A DNA stretch of 64,000 bases, taken from NCBI GenBank assembly GCA_963749495.1, contig CAVVMW010000023.1, positions 352,001 to 416,000 on the forward strand, in the 5' to 3' direction. The notes under the pieces were generated by a model. The model was given only the letters and a program-made list of their open reading frames with translations. It ran no database searches and was not told where the DNA came from. The translations under genes and the position numbers were made by a program. Source of the DNA: an uncultured bacterium. Its GTDB lineage: Bacteria > Verrucomicrobiota > Verrucomicrobiia > Limisphaerales > UBA8199. Shown one piece after another: positions 9,852-20,562 of the stretch (its first letter is position 1; each line of letters starts with the position of its first letter).

Positions 9852-11011
9852 AGGCGGCCCTCCTTGAGCCGGGTTTCTTGCTCTTTTGGTATGCTGCCTT
9901 CGACGAAGGAGGAGTGGGTGGTAATTATGAACTGGCAGTCAGCGCCCATCTTCGGGAGCGCTGCCAAGAGTGCTTGCTGCTCTGGTGGGTGGAGGTGAAG
10001 CTCCAGCTCATCAATCAGCACTATCGATTTCCGGATGTTGAGCCTGACGAAGTCGGATACGATGGGAAAAACCGCTTGTTCGCCGGAAGACATTTCAGCG
10101 ATGTCGAAAACTCGCCCCTTGCGTTCCAGGAGGAAGTAGAAGCGCGATGTGCTTTCGGCTCCCGTGGTATCCATCGGCTGGGGGCCGCGAAACCTAGTAC
10201 CCGGGAAGACGCGCTCGAACGAATCTTCGAGCTCGGGGATGAAATCACGGCCCGCCGTCTTGAATCCGGAAACGTGATAGGTCCACCAGTCCTGGAGGAA
10301 CCGGCGAAGCTGCTCGACTCCGACCAACCACGATTCGCGCGGCTCAGGCTCGGCTCTTCGGAAATCGGCCTGGATACTCCCGCTCGAAGTGACCTCAGGT
10401 GGCTCGGACTGGTCTGGCTCTTCAACGTGGTCGTTGCTTGGCATCGCCAAAGCCTTGCCGAGATTGCGGTATTGGTCGTACCAAAATACGTCCCCAGCCT
10501 TGGCAAACATGTGCTTGAGCTCGGGTCTTCGCTGAGCCAGTTGCTTGACGTAGAAGCGCCCGAAGAGCTGCGCGCGCGCGTCTCGGCCGTCGGAATCTGT
10601 CACCTTCACCCGTCCGTTTTCGAGTACGACGGTGAGCCGCGTGTCCTCACCGATTTCAACCAACCTGGCCCCGTCCCGCTCGTAGTGCTTGCGCCACTCA
10701 GAGAATAGAGTTTTCGCTGTCGTGATTTCCTCGCTGTCGAGCAGTAACTGTAACTCCACGCGTGTCTTGCCCATTGTGCTGAGCCGCTGGGGCACGAAGC
10801 CGTACCAAGGAAACCTATCCATCGCGCTGACCCGACGCGTTGCGAGGCCGAGGGTAAGAGCAATCGCCTGGAGGATAGTGGTCTTGCCGGAGCCGTTGTC
10901 CCCGAGCACGGCATGTAGCGTGTCGGGTTGCTTCTCGCCAACTTGCTGCATCTTCAGCGTGGCGTCTTTGACGCCCTTAAAGTTTCTTATTGTCGCGGAG
11001 GTGATCTTCAC
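9842..11011 (-). CDS. ABC-type AAA_15/AAA_21 ATPase (AriA-like)
   Basis: IRNFKG; Walker A GDNGSGKT; signature MSSGEQ; Walker B LIDELELHLHP; ITTHS. Confidence 0.9.
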   Translation of the reverse strand: MKITSATIRNFKGVKDATLKMQQVGEKQPDTLHAVLGDNGSGKTTILQAIALTLGLATRRVSAMDRFPWYGFVPQRLSTMGKTRVELQLLLDSEEITTAKTLFSEWRKHYERDGARLVEIGEDTRLTVVLENGRVKVTDSDGRDARAQLFGRFYVKQLAQRRPELKHMFAKAGDVFWYDQYRNLGKALAMPSNDHVEEPDQSEPPEVTSSGSIQADFRRAEPEPRESWLVGVEQLRRFLQDWWTYHVSGFKTAGRDFIPELEDSFERVFPGTRFRGPQPMDTTGAESTSRFYFLLERKGRVFDIAEMSSGEQAVFPIVSDFVRLNIRKSIVLIDELELHLHPPEQQALLAALPKMGADCQFIITTHSSFVEGSIPKEQETRLKEGRLCL

Positions 11012-11330
11012 GCGTCCTTTCTAAAACAGACTGAAAAGAACTTGCTTTTCACGCGCCGGCATTTACTTGGCGCTGCGGGGGTGAGGGAGAATTGGTTTCT
11101 GGTCCCACTCATCATGGGGGGATGATGCCAGAGCGGCGCGGGCCCGTCAACCGGGGAATTCTGCCGCGAATTCTGCCGGTTCTTGGGGCGGTCTTGGCGG
11201 CGGCTGGGCCGGAAGCTCGAGCCAGGGCAGGAACCTGCGCAAAAACGGGTCTGGCTCCTCCCGGCCGAGGCATCCAGGGACCGTCGCCGGGCAAAGTGCT
11301 TCGGTCCCCAGGGCCTTAAGCCAGAGGCGC

Positions 11331-11700
11331 TCAATCTGTCAGCACATTCTCGTAATCCGGGGTGGGGTCAACGTCCTCACGGGGTTCGCAGGTGTAGCGC
11401 CCTGCGGCGCCCGGCGGAGACAAGCCCGCAGGCCTGCCTGCCGTAGCCTCGGCGCAGGCGGGCGGGTCGTGCCGGGCGCCGAGGTGGCGCAGGATCGTCT
11501 CCACCACCCAGGGGTCATCAATCACCGCGATCACGCGCGTGGGGTTCTGGCACACGGGGCAGCGCAGCGGGTCAACCTGCCAGACGCGGAGGATCCGCCT
11601 TCGCTAAAGCTACGGCGGGACAGGTCAGGTCTCGCCATTTCTTGGACGGGAGTTTCAAGGGTGGTGGCGGGGAAACCCCCGGCCGCTGCGGGACCAACTC
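11331..11700 (-). pseudogene. IS91-like transposase C-terminal remnant
   Basis: After removing a 31-nt insert it reads KWRDLILRVWQVDPLRCPVCQNPTRVIAVIDDPWVVETILRHLG. Confidence 0.75.
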
Positions 11701-11715
11701 TGGCGGCAGCCCTCG

Positions 11716-11890
11716 GTGGCGGATGCCGGGAACTGGCACCTGCTGGCGTTGAATCCGGCGGCGAGCCGCGTTGAGACCTTCGCCCTCTCCCGCTGTCACT
11801 CCATCGAGGGGACCGGGCTGCACTTCGCGCGTCCGGTTGGCTTCGACGCCCGGGGTTTCTTCAAGGACGCCTTCGGCATCAGCCACGCCG
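11716..11890 (+). pseudogene. WYL-domain regulator fragment
   Basis: GNWHLLA...VETFALSR...FARPVGFDARGFFKDAFGI. Confidence 0.7.
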
Positions 11891-11908
11891 CAGCAACCGG
11901 ACGACAAG

Positions 11909-11990
11909 ATGGGTTTCGCCGAGGTCAAAGGCCAGGAATCGGTCAAAGGCGCCCTCGAGCTCGCCGCGAGGGGCGGACATAATTTGCTGA
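11909..11990 (+). pseudogene. comM: comM/YifB fragment (segment just upstream of Walker A)
   Basis: GFAEVKGQESVKGALELAARGGHNLL. Confidence 0.8.
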
Positions 11991-11992
11991 CG

Positions 11993-12082
11993 TTTCAGCC
12001 GTCCCTTCGGGACTCGGGTTGCCTGCGCCTTCAACGCAAGGTTGAAACCTTGGGCTATTCTCGGATGTCGCTGCGGGACAAA
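11993..12082. repeat. Partial REP-like element (family of 15019-15213)
   Basis: TTTCAGCCGTCCCTTCGGGAC...GTTGAAAC..GGGCTATT..GGATGTC..CGGGACAAAA. Confidence 0.7.
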
Positions 12083-12143
12083 ACTCGACGGCAGCGATTC
12101 GGCTCCCAAGTTTTCGCGGCAACGCCACCCGGCAGGCGGCGCC

Positions 12144-14925
12144 TCACTTTCTAAGCCGGTAAAACCTAGTGCCGGCGGAGACGTCGACCACGACTTTGTT
12201 GCCGCTGACGCCACTGACGGGTGTCCAGGAGGTGGCGGGCAGCTTGTCCGCGGATTCGAGCGTGAAGCCCAGAGCATCTGCCGGCCAGGTAAGGGTGAGT
12301 TGCTGGCCGGAACGCGAGAAGCTGAGCGCAGGCGGTGGCGCCGCTCCGACCATGGCCAGGAAATGGTTCTGGATGGCGCCGGCACTGAGCGTGGCGCCGT
12401 AGAATGCCACCTCATCCAGCGCCCCGATCCACCCCTCGGGCGTGCTGGCCGGGGCGGAGGAACCGATTTGGGTGGTCAGACCCGTGCTGAGATCGATCGG
12501 TTGGCCGAACGTGCCGAGCAACGCGCCGTCCCAATACATGGACACCGAGCCGCCGCCAAAGGCCGCCGCGTAATGGTGCCAGCCCGTCGTATCGGCCAGG
12601 CCCAGGGTCTGGAAATGCGAGCCGTTCCAGTTGCCGATCCCATCCCGGTTGCGCCCCATGTGGATGCTCCAGTCGGTCGGCCCGCCGTTGCGGTCGGCGG
12701 CCACGCACGGGTCATAGCCGGGATTGGTGGTCCAGTCAGCCCGTATCCAGGCCTCGACTGTTCCGGCGCCATTGGCGAAATCAAAGTCGGGCACAGTTCC
12801 CAAATCAATGTTGCCGGTGCCGTCGAGCAACAGCGCCTGGTCTGTTCCCTGGCCAACTCCCCCGGTGAAGGTCACGTTGCCGACGGTCGAGCCGGGGTGG
12901 CTGTCCTTGGAGTCGCTGGCATCGCCGTTGTCGAATGTGTAATACGAGATCAGGCTGGCCTCTCCGAGCACGGCGGCCCGGGTACTGGGCCAGGTTGCTG
13001 CCCACTTGCAAGGTCGCCGACATGCTGCTGGTCGTCCCGCCCGGATTGGACACCTTGGCGTAGTAAGCGCCGGCATCGCTCGCCGCCAGGCTCGTGAAGG
13101 CGAGCGTCCAATTGGTGGCCCCGCTAATCGGGCTGCCATTTTTGTACCATTGATAGCTCAATTGCGCGCCCGCGGCCCATACGGTCAGTTGGAGCGGCCG
13201 GCCGGGATAGGACGTGCCGCCCACCGGCTGCACGGTGATGAGCGGCGGCGCATTGCCGAGAAAGGCCGCATAGTGAGCCTGGACCGACGCGGCGGGCAGG
13301 GCCTCCCCATAGAAGGCCACCTCATCGAGCATGCCGATCCATCCCTCGGTCGTGGACAGCCCCGAAGATGAACCCAGTTGAACGGTCGCCGGGCTGGAGC
13401 CCAGTGGCTGGGCGATGGTTCCGAGCAATACACCATCCCAATAGAGACTGAAGTTCCCACTGTCCCAGACGACCGCCAGGGCGTGCCAATTGGCCCCGGC
13501 GTCCGGCATCGGAAAAGGCTGATAGGTCATGCCGTTCCACATGCCCACGGCGCGCTTGTCCGAAGTCATGTGAATGCTCCAGTCAACCGTGCCGCCCTCG
13601 CGGTCGGCAAAGATCGCGGGATTATATCCGATGCTCGTCCAGTCCGCCCGCACCCAGGCCTCCACCGAGCCGGCTCCGCTCAGGAAGTCAAAGTCCGGGA
13701 CGCTGCCAAAGCCGACAAACCCCGCGCCATCGAGCAGCAGGGCCTGGTCCGGACCGCCCGCCAGGCCCTGGCCGAAGTCGGCCGTGCCCTGGAGCATGCC
13801 GTCGTGCGCTCCTTTGGTGTCGGCGGCAGTCAACCGGTCGAATGTGTAATAGGAAATGAGGCTGGGCTCATTGGTGACAGCGTGCTCATAGGCAACCAGG
13901 GCCGGCGCCAGCGAAGGCGCCAGGGCAACGATGGCATCGCTGCTGACGAGATTGCTGGCCGGGTTGGAGACCACGACGTGATAGGTGGCGGCGTCGGCCG
14001 CGGCCAGGCTGGGGAAGGCGAGGGCGGAGGCCTTTGCTCCCGAGATGGGATTGCCGTTCTTGAACCACTGATAGCTCAGGTTCGGGCCGGTGGCCACCAC
14101 TTTGAGTTGCAGCGGCACGCCGGGCAGGTAAATCCCGCTCCTGGGTTGGGTGACAATCACCGGGGGCGTGCCGATGAACAGCGCCTGGTAATGCGTCTGC
14201 ACCGAGGCCTCCGAAAGGGCCTCGGCATAAAACGCGACTTCATCGAGCATGCCCACCCAGCCTTCATCGGTCGCCCCGGCGGACGAAGACCCCAGTTGGG
14301 TTGTCTCCGGGCTGGGGCCCAGGTCCTGGTTCCGGGTTCCGACGGCGGCGCCGTCCCAATATATTGTCACCAAGCCAAGCCCGGAGGAATTGTCAAAAAC
14401 GACGGCGAGGTGATGCCAATTGGTGCCCGGTGGCGGAATGGCCAACGGCGCGTAAGTGTTGCCATTCCACACGCCGACACCGCTCTTGTCTCCATTCATG
14501 TGAACACTCCAGGTCACCGGGCCGCCGTCCCGGTCGGCAAAGATACATGGATTGTAGGCGCCCAGCACTCCCGGCCAATCCGCCCGCACCCAGGCCTCGA
14601 CCGAGCCGGTCCCGGGGGCGAAGTCAAAGGCCGGCACCAGGCCCAGGGTGACACGCCCGGCTCCATCGAGTTGCACAGCCAGGCCGGCGCCCAGGACGCC
14701 AGCACCGAACTTGGCCGTGCCCGCAAGGGCGCCGTTATTGGGTCCGACGCTGTCATTGGCGTTGGTCCGGTCAAATGTGTAGTAGGAGATGAGGCTGGCC
14801 TCATTGGTAACGGCCTTCTGGTAATCCTGCAGCGTGGCCCTGGCTGAGGCGCTCCAGAGCAGAGACGCAATGGTTAAGGACAAGGTCCAGACCTTGGCCA
14901 AAGAGTTGATGGGAATCCTTTTCAT
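12144..14925 (-). CDS. Secreted protein with three LamG-like and two Ig domains and a C-terminal RFYRL module (frameshift near 12980)
   Basis: Three repeats of SLISYYTFD...GSVEAWVRADW...GWIGMLDEVAFY; YQWYKNG Ig motifs; one extra C joins the two ORFs. Confidence 0.85.
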
Positions 14926-15018
14926 ATGCTGTGGTTAGTGCGCTGGGGTTCATATAAAGTCAAGTTCAAACGGCAAACTGGGTGGGATTAAAACTGTCGG
15001 TCAGCCACGGGCGCCTCT

Positions 15019-15213
15019 TTGCCCCGGAGGGGCTTCCGAGAATAGCCCGGCGTTTCAACGCCGGGTAAGCGAACCCGACAAGCGGGTCCGTCCCGAAGGG
15101 ACGGTTGAAAGCAAGGAGTGCTTTCAGCCGTCCCTACGGGACGAGGTTCCCTTTCTTGGCCTTCCCGGCGTTGAAACGCCGGGCTATTGTCGGATGTCCC
15201 TCCGGGACAAAAA
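15019..15213. repeat. Long palindromic REP-like element, family A
   Basis: AATAGCCCGGCGTTTCAACGCCGGG...CCCGGCGTTGAAACGCCGGGCTATT; copy at 22281-22472. Confidence 0.85.
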
Positions 15214-15369
15214 CCCCAGGTCGCATGCCCGACACTTTTAACCTCGCCCCAGAGAAAAGTTGTTCTTGGGTTTGGCAAGTGTCCTGGTAGTATCCTGGTG
15301 AAAACGACGAGCCTGGGCCCGGCCCTTTCGCTGAAGCGACGGCGCCCGGCTCGTGCCCCTGTTGGCCAA

Positions 15370-18300
15370 ATGAGAAACGACATGAACCTGTTTGTCCCGA
15401 CCGCTGTGCGGACGGCCTCGAAGGCCGTTGCGTCTCTGGCCCTGGTCCTGCCCGGCCTGTGGCTGGCGCCGGCCGCCATCGCCCAGACCAGTTACGAGAA
15501 CTACACTTTCATCACGCTGGCCGGGCAGCAGCCCTCAGGCTGGTGCGATGGCACCGGCAGCGCCGCCCGGTTCAATGCCCCCTTTGCCGTGGCGGCCGAC
15601 ACCGAGGGCAATTGCTACGTCGCGGACTGCTATAATCACACTGTCCGCAAGGTGAGCGCCGGCGGAGTGGTGACCACGCTGGCCGGATTGGCGGGAAACC
15701 CCGGAGCGGCCAACGGCGCCGGGCACGCAGCCAATTTCAATTATCCCCGGGGCATGGCGGTCGATTCCGGCGGCAACGCGTATGCGGCCGACTTCCAAAG
15801 CCACACGATCCGCAAGATCACCCCGGCGGGGTTGGTGACGACCCTGGCCGGCCTGGCGGGCACGGCCGGGACCGTTGACGGCACTGGCAGCGCGGCCCGC
15901 TTCATGTACCCCCAGGGGCTTGCCGTCAACGCCAGCAACAACCTGTATGTGGCCGACACCGGCAATTGCGCGATTCGGAAGATCACTCCAGCCGGAGTGG
16001 TGACCACCCTGGCAGGCAAAGCGGGCATCTATGGCACGAACGACGCCACGAAGGGCGCGAACGCCAGGTTCCGCTATCCTTACGGCGTGGCGGTGGACGC
16101 GGCAGGCAACGTCTATGTGGCGGATACCTACAGCCACACGATTCGCAAGGTGAGCCAAAGCGGGGCGGTGACGACGCTGGCGGGCGCCGCCGGCACCAGT
16201 GGCACGAACGACGGTGCCGGGACCGCCGCCCGGTTCTGTTATCCCTACAGCGTCGCGGTGGACGCCCAAGGCAATATTTATGTGGCCGACACCTCCAACC
16301 ACACGATTCGCATGGTGACTCAAAGCGGGGCGGTGACGACGCTGGCGGGCGTCGGCGGCAGCAGTGGCTCGGCGGACGGGGCCTCGACCGACGCGCGGTT
16401 CACCTATCCGTGCGGCGTGGCGCTGGCGCCCGGCGGCAGTCTCCTGGTGGCGGATACGAGCAATCAAGCGATTCGACAGGTGGTGACCAATGGCACGGTG
16501 ACGACGCTGGCAGGCGTGTTGGCGGGCCCCGGCAGCGCCGATGGCCCCGGCACGGCCGCCCGCTTCAACAACCCCTGCGGAGTGGGCGTTGACAGCGCCG
16601 GCAATGTCTATGTCTCGGACCTGGCCAACAATACGATTCGGCGGATAGCCCCGGGCGGCGCCGTGACGACGCTGGCGGGCCTGGCGGGAAGCCCAGGCAC
16701 CAACGACGGCACGGGCAGCGCGGCCAGCTTCCGCGAACCCGCCGGCCTGGCCGTGGACCAGGACGGTAATGTGTATGTCGCCGAGTTTGCAAACCACACC
16801 ATCCGCAAGGTTACGCCTGCCGGCGTGGTCACGACCCTGGCCGGCAGCGCGCTCCAGAGCGGCTCAACCAACGGCCCAGGCACTGCCGCCCGTTTCTTCA
16901 ATCCTACGGGCGTTGCCGTGGACAACGCGGGCAACGTCTATGTCGCGGACACAATGAACGATATGATCCGCAAGATCGCTGTCGACGGGACGGTATCGAC
17001 CGTGGCCGGGACAGCCGGCAGCATAGGCGCCCAGGACGGTCCGGCCGCCTCCGCCCTCTTCGGTCACCCGCAAGGTATCGCTGTCGATGCCGCCGGCAAC
17101 CTGTTCGTGGCGGACACCGGCAACGCCGTGATTCGCAAGATCACGCCGGACGGCACGGTCTCGACCTTGGCCGGCAAGGCGCAGGTTAGCGGGGCCGCCG
17201 ATGGCGTGGGCGGCGCCGCTCGCTTCAACCAGCCCTTCGCCATCGCCCTGGACCCCCAGGGCGCTCTCTACGTGGCGGAGAGCGGGAACAATACTATTCG
17301 AAAGGTCGCTGCCGATGGAACGGTGACGACGCTCGGAGGGATTGCCGGGGTTGCCGGCGGCGTGGATGGGACCGGGTTCGGGGCTACCTTTGACTCTCCG
17401 GAGGGCGTGGCCGTGGGGACCAATGGAATCCTCTATGTGAGCAGCTCGAGCAGCCACACCATCCGCAAAGGCAACCCGGTCCTGCCTGACAGCCCAGTCG
17501 TGGACTCGGCCTTGGGTCCGCCGGGAACCACCCGGCATTTGGATGTCGCCCATCTCACCGCCACCTCCTGGGCGTGGAGCATCGTTCGCTGCCCGGCCTC
17601 CTCGACAAACGCCCAATTGTCCTCCACCTCTGCCCAGAACCCCACACTCACTCCGGATGTTCCCGACCTGTTCGTGGTCCGGTTCCAAGGCACGGACAAC
17701 CTCGGCCGCACTGCCATGGGCACGGTCTGGGCGGTCGCAGCCGACCTCGCCCCGCCTGCCTTGACTATCACGGCGCCGGTCTCCAAAGCGCAAATAACCA
17801 ACTCGGCTTATATCATCACGGGCAGCGCCAGCGACGATGTGGGCGTCGGCAGTGTCTGGTGCCGCCTCAACGGCGGGGCCTGGGTCCAGGCCGCAGGCAC
17901 GACCGACTGGCGGGCGCCCGTGAACCTGGCCTTGGCCCAAAACACTCTCAGGGCCTATGCCGTCGATCTCACCGGCAAATACTCACACACCAATACTGTC
18001 AACTTCACCTTCAGCCCGCTCTTGAAGCTGGGGGCCTCCGGCGGCGCCGGGATGATCGCACCTTACTATGACGGCCAGCCCATGGTGCCGGGCAAGACCT
18101 ATACCATCAATGCCACCCCAGCCCCCGGCGAAATCTTCGTCAATTGGACCGATGGCACCGGCCATGTCCTGGGCACCAACACCAGGCTAACCTTCACGAT
18201 GACCCCCAACCTGGTCCTGGTGGCCAATTTCGAGCCCAACCCGTTCCTTCCGCTCAAGGGTACTTACGCCGGCCTGTTCGCAGATGCCAACGCCGACCAG

Positions 18301-19272
18301 TGGTCCACGTTCAACGCCGGGCTCTTCTCCGCTACGCTCACGGACAAGGGCGGCCTGACCGCCAAACTCCAGATGGGCGGCGCCACTTATCCGCTCTCCG
18401 GCTCGTTCTCGGCCGCCGGGACCTGCTCGAACTGGATAGCCTCCTCGGCGCAGGGCCCTCTGTCGGTCAAGCTCCAACTGGACCTGAGTGGCAGCCAGGG
18501 CATCACCGGAGTGGTTGGCGCCCGCACCTGGAGCGCGGATTTGGCCGCCTACCGCGGGCGGTATTCGCTCACCAACCGCGCGCCTGAATCGGCCGCGAAA
18601 TACACGCTGGTCATTCCAGGGGCACAGGACCCCTCGCTCGAGCCCGGCGGCTATGGCTTTGGCACCCTGAGCGTGGACCCCTCGGGCAACGTCAACGTCA
18701 GCGTCACGCTGGGGGATGGCAACAAAGCGACCCAGACCACCGTGATCGTGGGCCAGGGCCAGGACCCGGACCAATGGCCGCTCTACCTGGTGCCAACCTC
18801 GGGCCAGTGGATGGTGCGCGGTTGGCTGGGCTTCGTGACCAATGCCACAGACCAGGCCGCTGTGGGCCAGGTGAGCTGGGTCAAGGCGCCCAAAGCGTCC
18901 GATAAACTCTATGCCGGCGGCTTCCATTTCTCCGGCGGGCTCGATGTGTCGGAGTCTCCCTACTCGAGTGTCACAGGCACCGCGGCGCTTGGGTGGACCC
19001 AGGGTGAACTGGACCTGACGGGCGGCAACCTTCCTTCGGCCCTGGCCTACGGGGTCCAGTTGGGAGCGAACAACAAGCTGGGCGGGACGACCAACAAGAC
19101 CCTGAGCCTGACGATAACCTCAACTTCCGGAACGTTCCTGGGCAGCGTGCCCGGGCCCGCGGGCAAGACGCTCTCGGTCAGCGGCGTGGTGCTCCAAAAC
19201 CAGAACGCCGGCTTCGGCCTGTTCCTGGGCCAGACCCAGAGCGGGAGCGTGCGGATGGGCGGGCCGCAGTGA
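15370..19272 (+). CDS. Large secreted NHL-repeat (beta-propeller) protein with Ig-like C-terminal domains
   Basis: About 12 repeats of ARF..P.GVAVD..GN.YVADT.NHTIRK; signal peptide. Confidence 0.9.
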   Translation: MRNDMNLFVPTAVRTASKAVASLALVLPGLWLAPAAIAQTSYENYTFITLAGQQPSGWCDGTGSAARFNAPFAVAADTEGNCYVADCYNHTVRKVSAGGVVTTLAGLAGNPGAANGAGHAANFNYPRGMAVDSGGNAYAADFQSHTIRKITPAGLVTTLAGLAGTAGTVDGTGSAARFMYPQGLAVNASNNLYVADTGNCAIRKITPAGVVTTLAGKAGIYGTNDATKGANARFRYPYGVAVDAAGNVYVADTYSHTIRKVSQSGAVTTLAGAAGTSGTNDGAGTAARFCYPYSVAVDAQGNIYVADTSNHTIRMVTQSGAVTTLAGVGGSSGSADGASTDARFTYPCGVALAPGGSLLVADTSNQAIRQVVTNGTVTTLAGVLAGPGSADGPGTAARFNNPCGVGVDSAGNVYVSDLANNTIRRIAPGGAVTTLAGLAGSPGTNDGTGSAASFREPAGLAVDQDGNVYVAEFANHTIRKVTPAGVVTTLAGSALQSGSTNGPGTAARFFNPTGVAVDNAGNVYVADTMNDMIRKIAVDGTVSTVAGTAGSIGAQDGPAASALFGHPQGIAVDAAGNLFVADTGNAVIRKITPDGTVSTLAGKAQVSGAADGVGGAARFNQPFAIALDPQGALYVAESGNNTIRKVAADGTVTTLGGIAGVAGGVDGTGFGATFDSPEGVAVGTNGILYVSSSSSHTIRKGNPVLPDSPVVDSALGPPGTTRHLDVAHLTATSWAWSIVRCPASSTNAQLSSTSAQNPTLTPDVPDLFVVRFQGTDNLGRTAMGTVWAVAADLAPPALTITAPVSKAQITNSAYIITGSASDDVGVGSVWCRLNGGAWVQAAGTTDWRAPVNLALAQNTLRAYAVDLTGKYSHTNTVNFTFSPLLKLGASGGAGMIAPYYDGQPMVPGKTYTINATPAPGEIFVNWTDGTGHVLGTNTRLTFTMTPNLVLVANFEPNPFLPLKGTYAGLFADANADQWSTFNAGLFSATLTDKGGLTAKLQMGGATYPLSGSFSAAGTCSNWIASSAQGPLSVKLQLDLSGSQGITGVVGARTWSADLAAYRGRYSLTNRAPESAAKYTLVIPGAQDPSLEPGGYGFGTLSVDPSGNVNVSVTLGDGNKATQTTVIVGQGQDPDQWPLYLVPTSGQWMVRGWLGFVTNATDQAAVGQVSWVKAPKASDKLYAGGFHFSGGLDVSESPYSSVTGTAALGWTQGELDLTGGNLPSALAYGVQLGANNKLGGTTNKTLSLTITSTSGTFLGSVPGPAGKTLSVSGVVLQNQNAGFGLFLGQTQSGSVRMGGPQ

Positions 19273-19282
19273 GGCCCGTGGG

Positions 19283-20536
19283 TTATCCCACCAGCAAAAG
19301 CAGGAGCATCCCCAGGGTGGTGCTCAGGATCGTGACGGGAATTCCAAAACGGGCATAATCCCAAAAACCGATCTCGACATGGCCCCGGGCGGACTCGACC
19401 ACGATGATGTTGGCCACCGAGCCGAGGATCGTGAGGTTGCCCGCGAAGGTTGTAGCCAGGGCCATAACCTTCCACATCAGCTCGGGCTGGGCAAAATTGC
19501 CGAGCCACTTGCCGGCAACCAGGACGAACGGCACGTTCGAGAAGACGTTCGAGCCCAAGGCCGAGAACCAGGCGAGGTTCCAGGCCTGGCTGACGGGCGT
19601 GGTCCCGAAGACGCCCCGGAGTTGGCCGTAGATCTGGTCCGGCAAACCGGTGCCGCTGAGCCCTTCGACGACCACGAAGAGCGAGGCAAAGAAGAGCAGC
19701 AGGTGCCAGTCCACCAGCTTGAGCACCTCATGGGTGTCCCGCCGCGCCAGCACCATTAAGAGCGCGCCCCCAGCCAGGGCGGTCCAGGACAGATTCCATC
19801 CCGCCACGAACCCGGCGAACACCAGCCCCAGCACGGCGAGGGTGAGCCCCAGCAGCCGGCGGTCCAACTGACGCGGCTCGGTGTCGGGCCGCTGGATGAC
19901 CGCCCGGCTGAGAGTCGCGCGGAAGCCGATTCGCAAGACGGCATACTCGACGGCCAGTCCCGCCAGGGCCGCCGGGAGCAGCGAGGCCGAGAACCGCAGG
20001 AAGGCAATCCGGGAGAGGTGGCCGATAATCATGTTTTGAGGATTGCCGACCAGGGTCGCCACGCTGCCGAGGTTGGCGCTCATCGCCAGGGCCAGCAGGT
20101 ACGGCGGCAACGGCAGTTTGCCCCGCACCATCACCGCCACGACCAGTGGCGTGAGCATCAGGCAAACGCTGTCGTTGACCAGCAGGGCGGACAGCATCCC
20201 CGAGGTGCCTACCAGATATAGCAGCAGAGCCTGGGGCGTCCTGGCCACCCGCAGTATCCTGTCGGCCGCCCAATCGAAAAAGCCCGCCAGGTAGAGATAG
20301 GAAGAGATCAGCATCATCCCCAAGAGCAGCACCAGCGTATCGTAATCCACCGAACGATAGACCTGCTGCGGCGTCATCACCCCGCACGCCACCATCAGCA
20401 CCGACCCGAGCAGGGCCGCCGCCGGCCGGTTCAACGGCAGGACCTTCAAGCGCCGGCCGCTGATCAGGAGATAGGTCAGGCAGAAGATGGCGATGGCTGC
20501 GAACTCTTTTTGGCTACTGAGAGTGAGCGGGTCCAT
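19283..20536 (-). CDS. ArsB/CitMHS-type anion transporter
   Basis: [21 protein letters not shown] and [14 protein letters not shown] motifs; multi-TM. Confidence 0.85.
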   Translation of the reverse strand: MDPLTLSSQKEFAAIAIFCLTYLLISGRRLKVLPLNRPAAALLGSVLMVACGVMTPQQVYRSVDYDTLVLLLGMMLISSYLYLAGFFDWAADRILRVARTPQALLLYLVGTSGMLSALLVNDSVCLMLTPLVVAVMVRGKLPLPPYLLALAMSANLGSVATLVGNPQNMIIGHLSRIAFLRFSASLLPAALAGLAVEYAVLRIGFRATLSRAVIQRPDTEPRQLDRRLLGLTLAVLGLVFAGFVAGWNLSWTALAGGALLMVLARRDTHEVLKLVDWHLLLFFASLFVVVEGLSGTGLPDQIYGQLRGVFGTTPVSQAWNLAWFSALGSNVFSNVPFVLVAGKWLGNFAQPELMWKVMALATTFAGNLTILGSVANIIVVESARGHVEIGFWDYARFGIPVTILSTTLGMLLLLLVG

Positions 20537-20562
20537 CGGACTCAAGAGCGGATCTTGTCCCT

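Noticed and set aside
12144..14925. Programmed frameshifts in LamG, moeB, GH51, GH106, integrase and IS91 genes
   Set aside because: Single-base indels mostly in short homopolymers across many unrelated genes fit long-read error better; no consistent slippery site
15500..17470. DNA-level repeats as a diversity-generating retroelement or array
   Set aside because: Explained by NHL protein repeats; no reverse transcriptase or adenine-specific TR/VR pair seen
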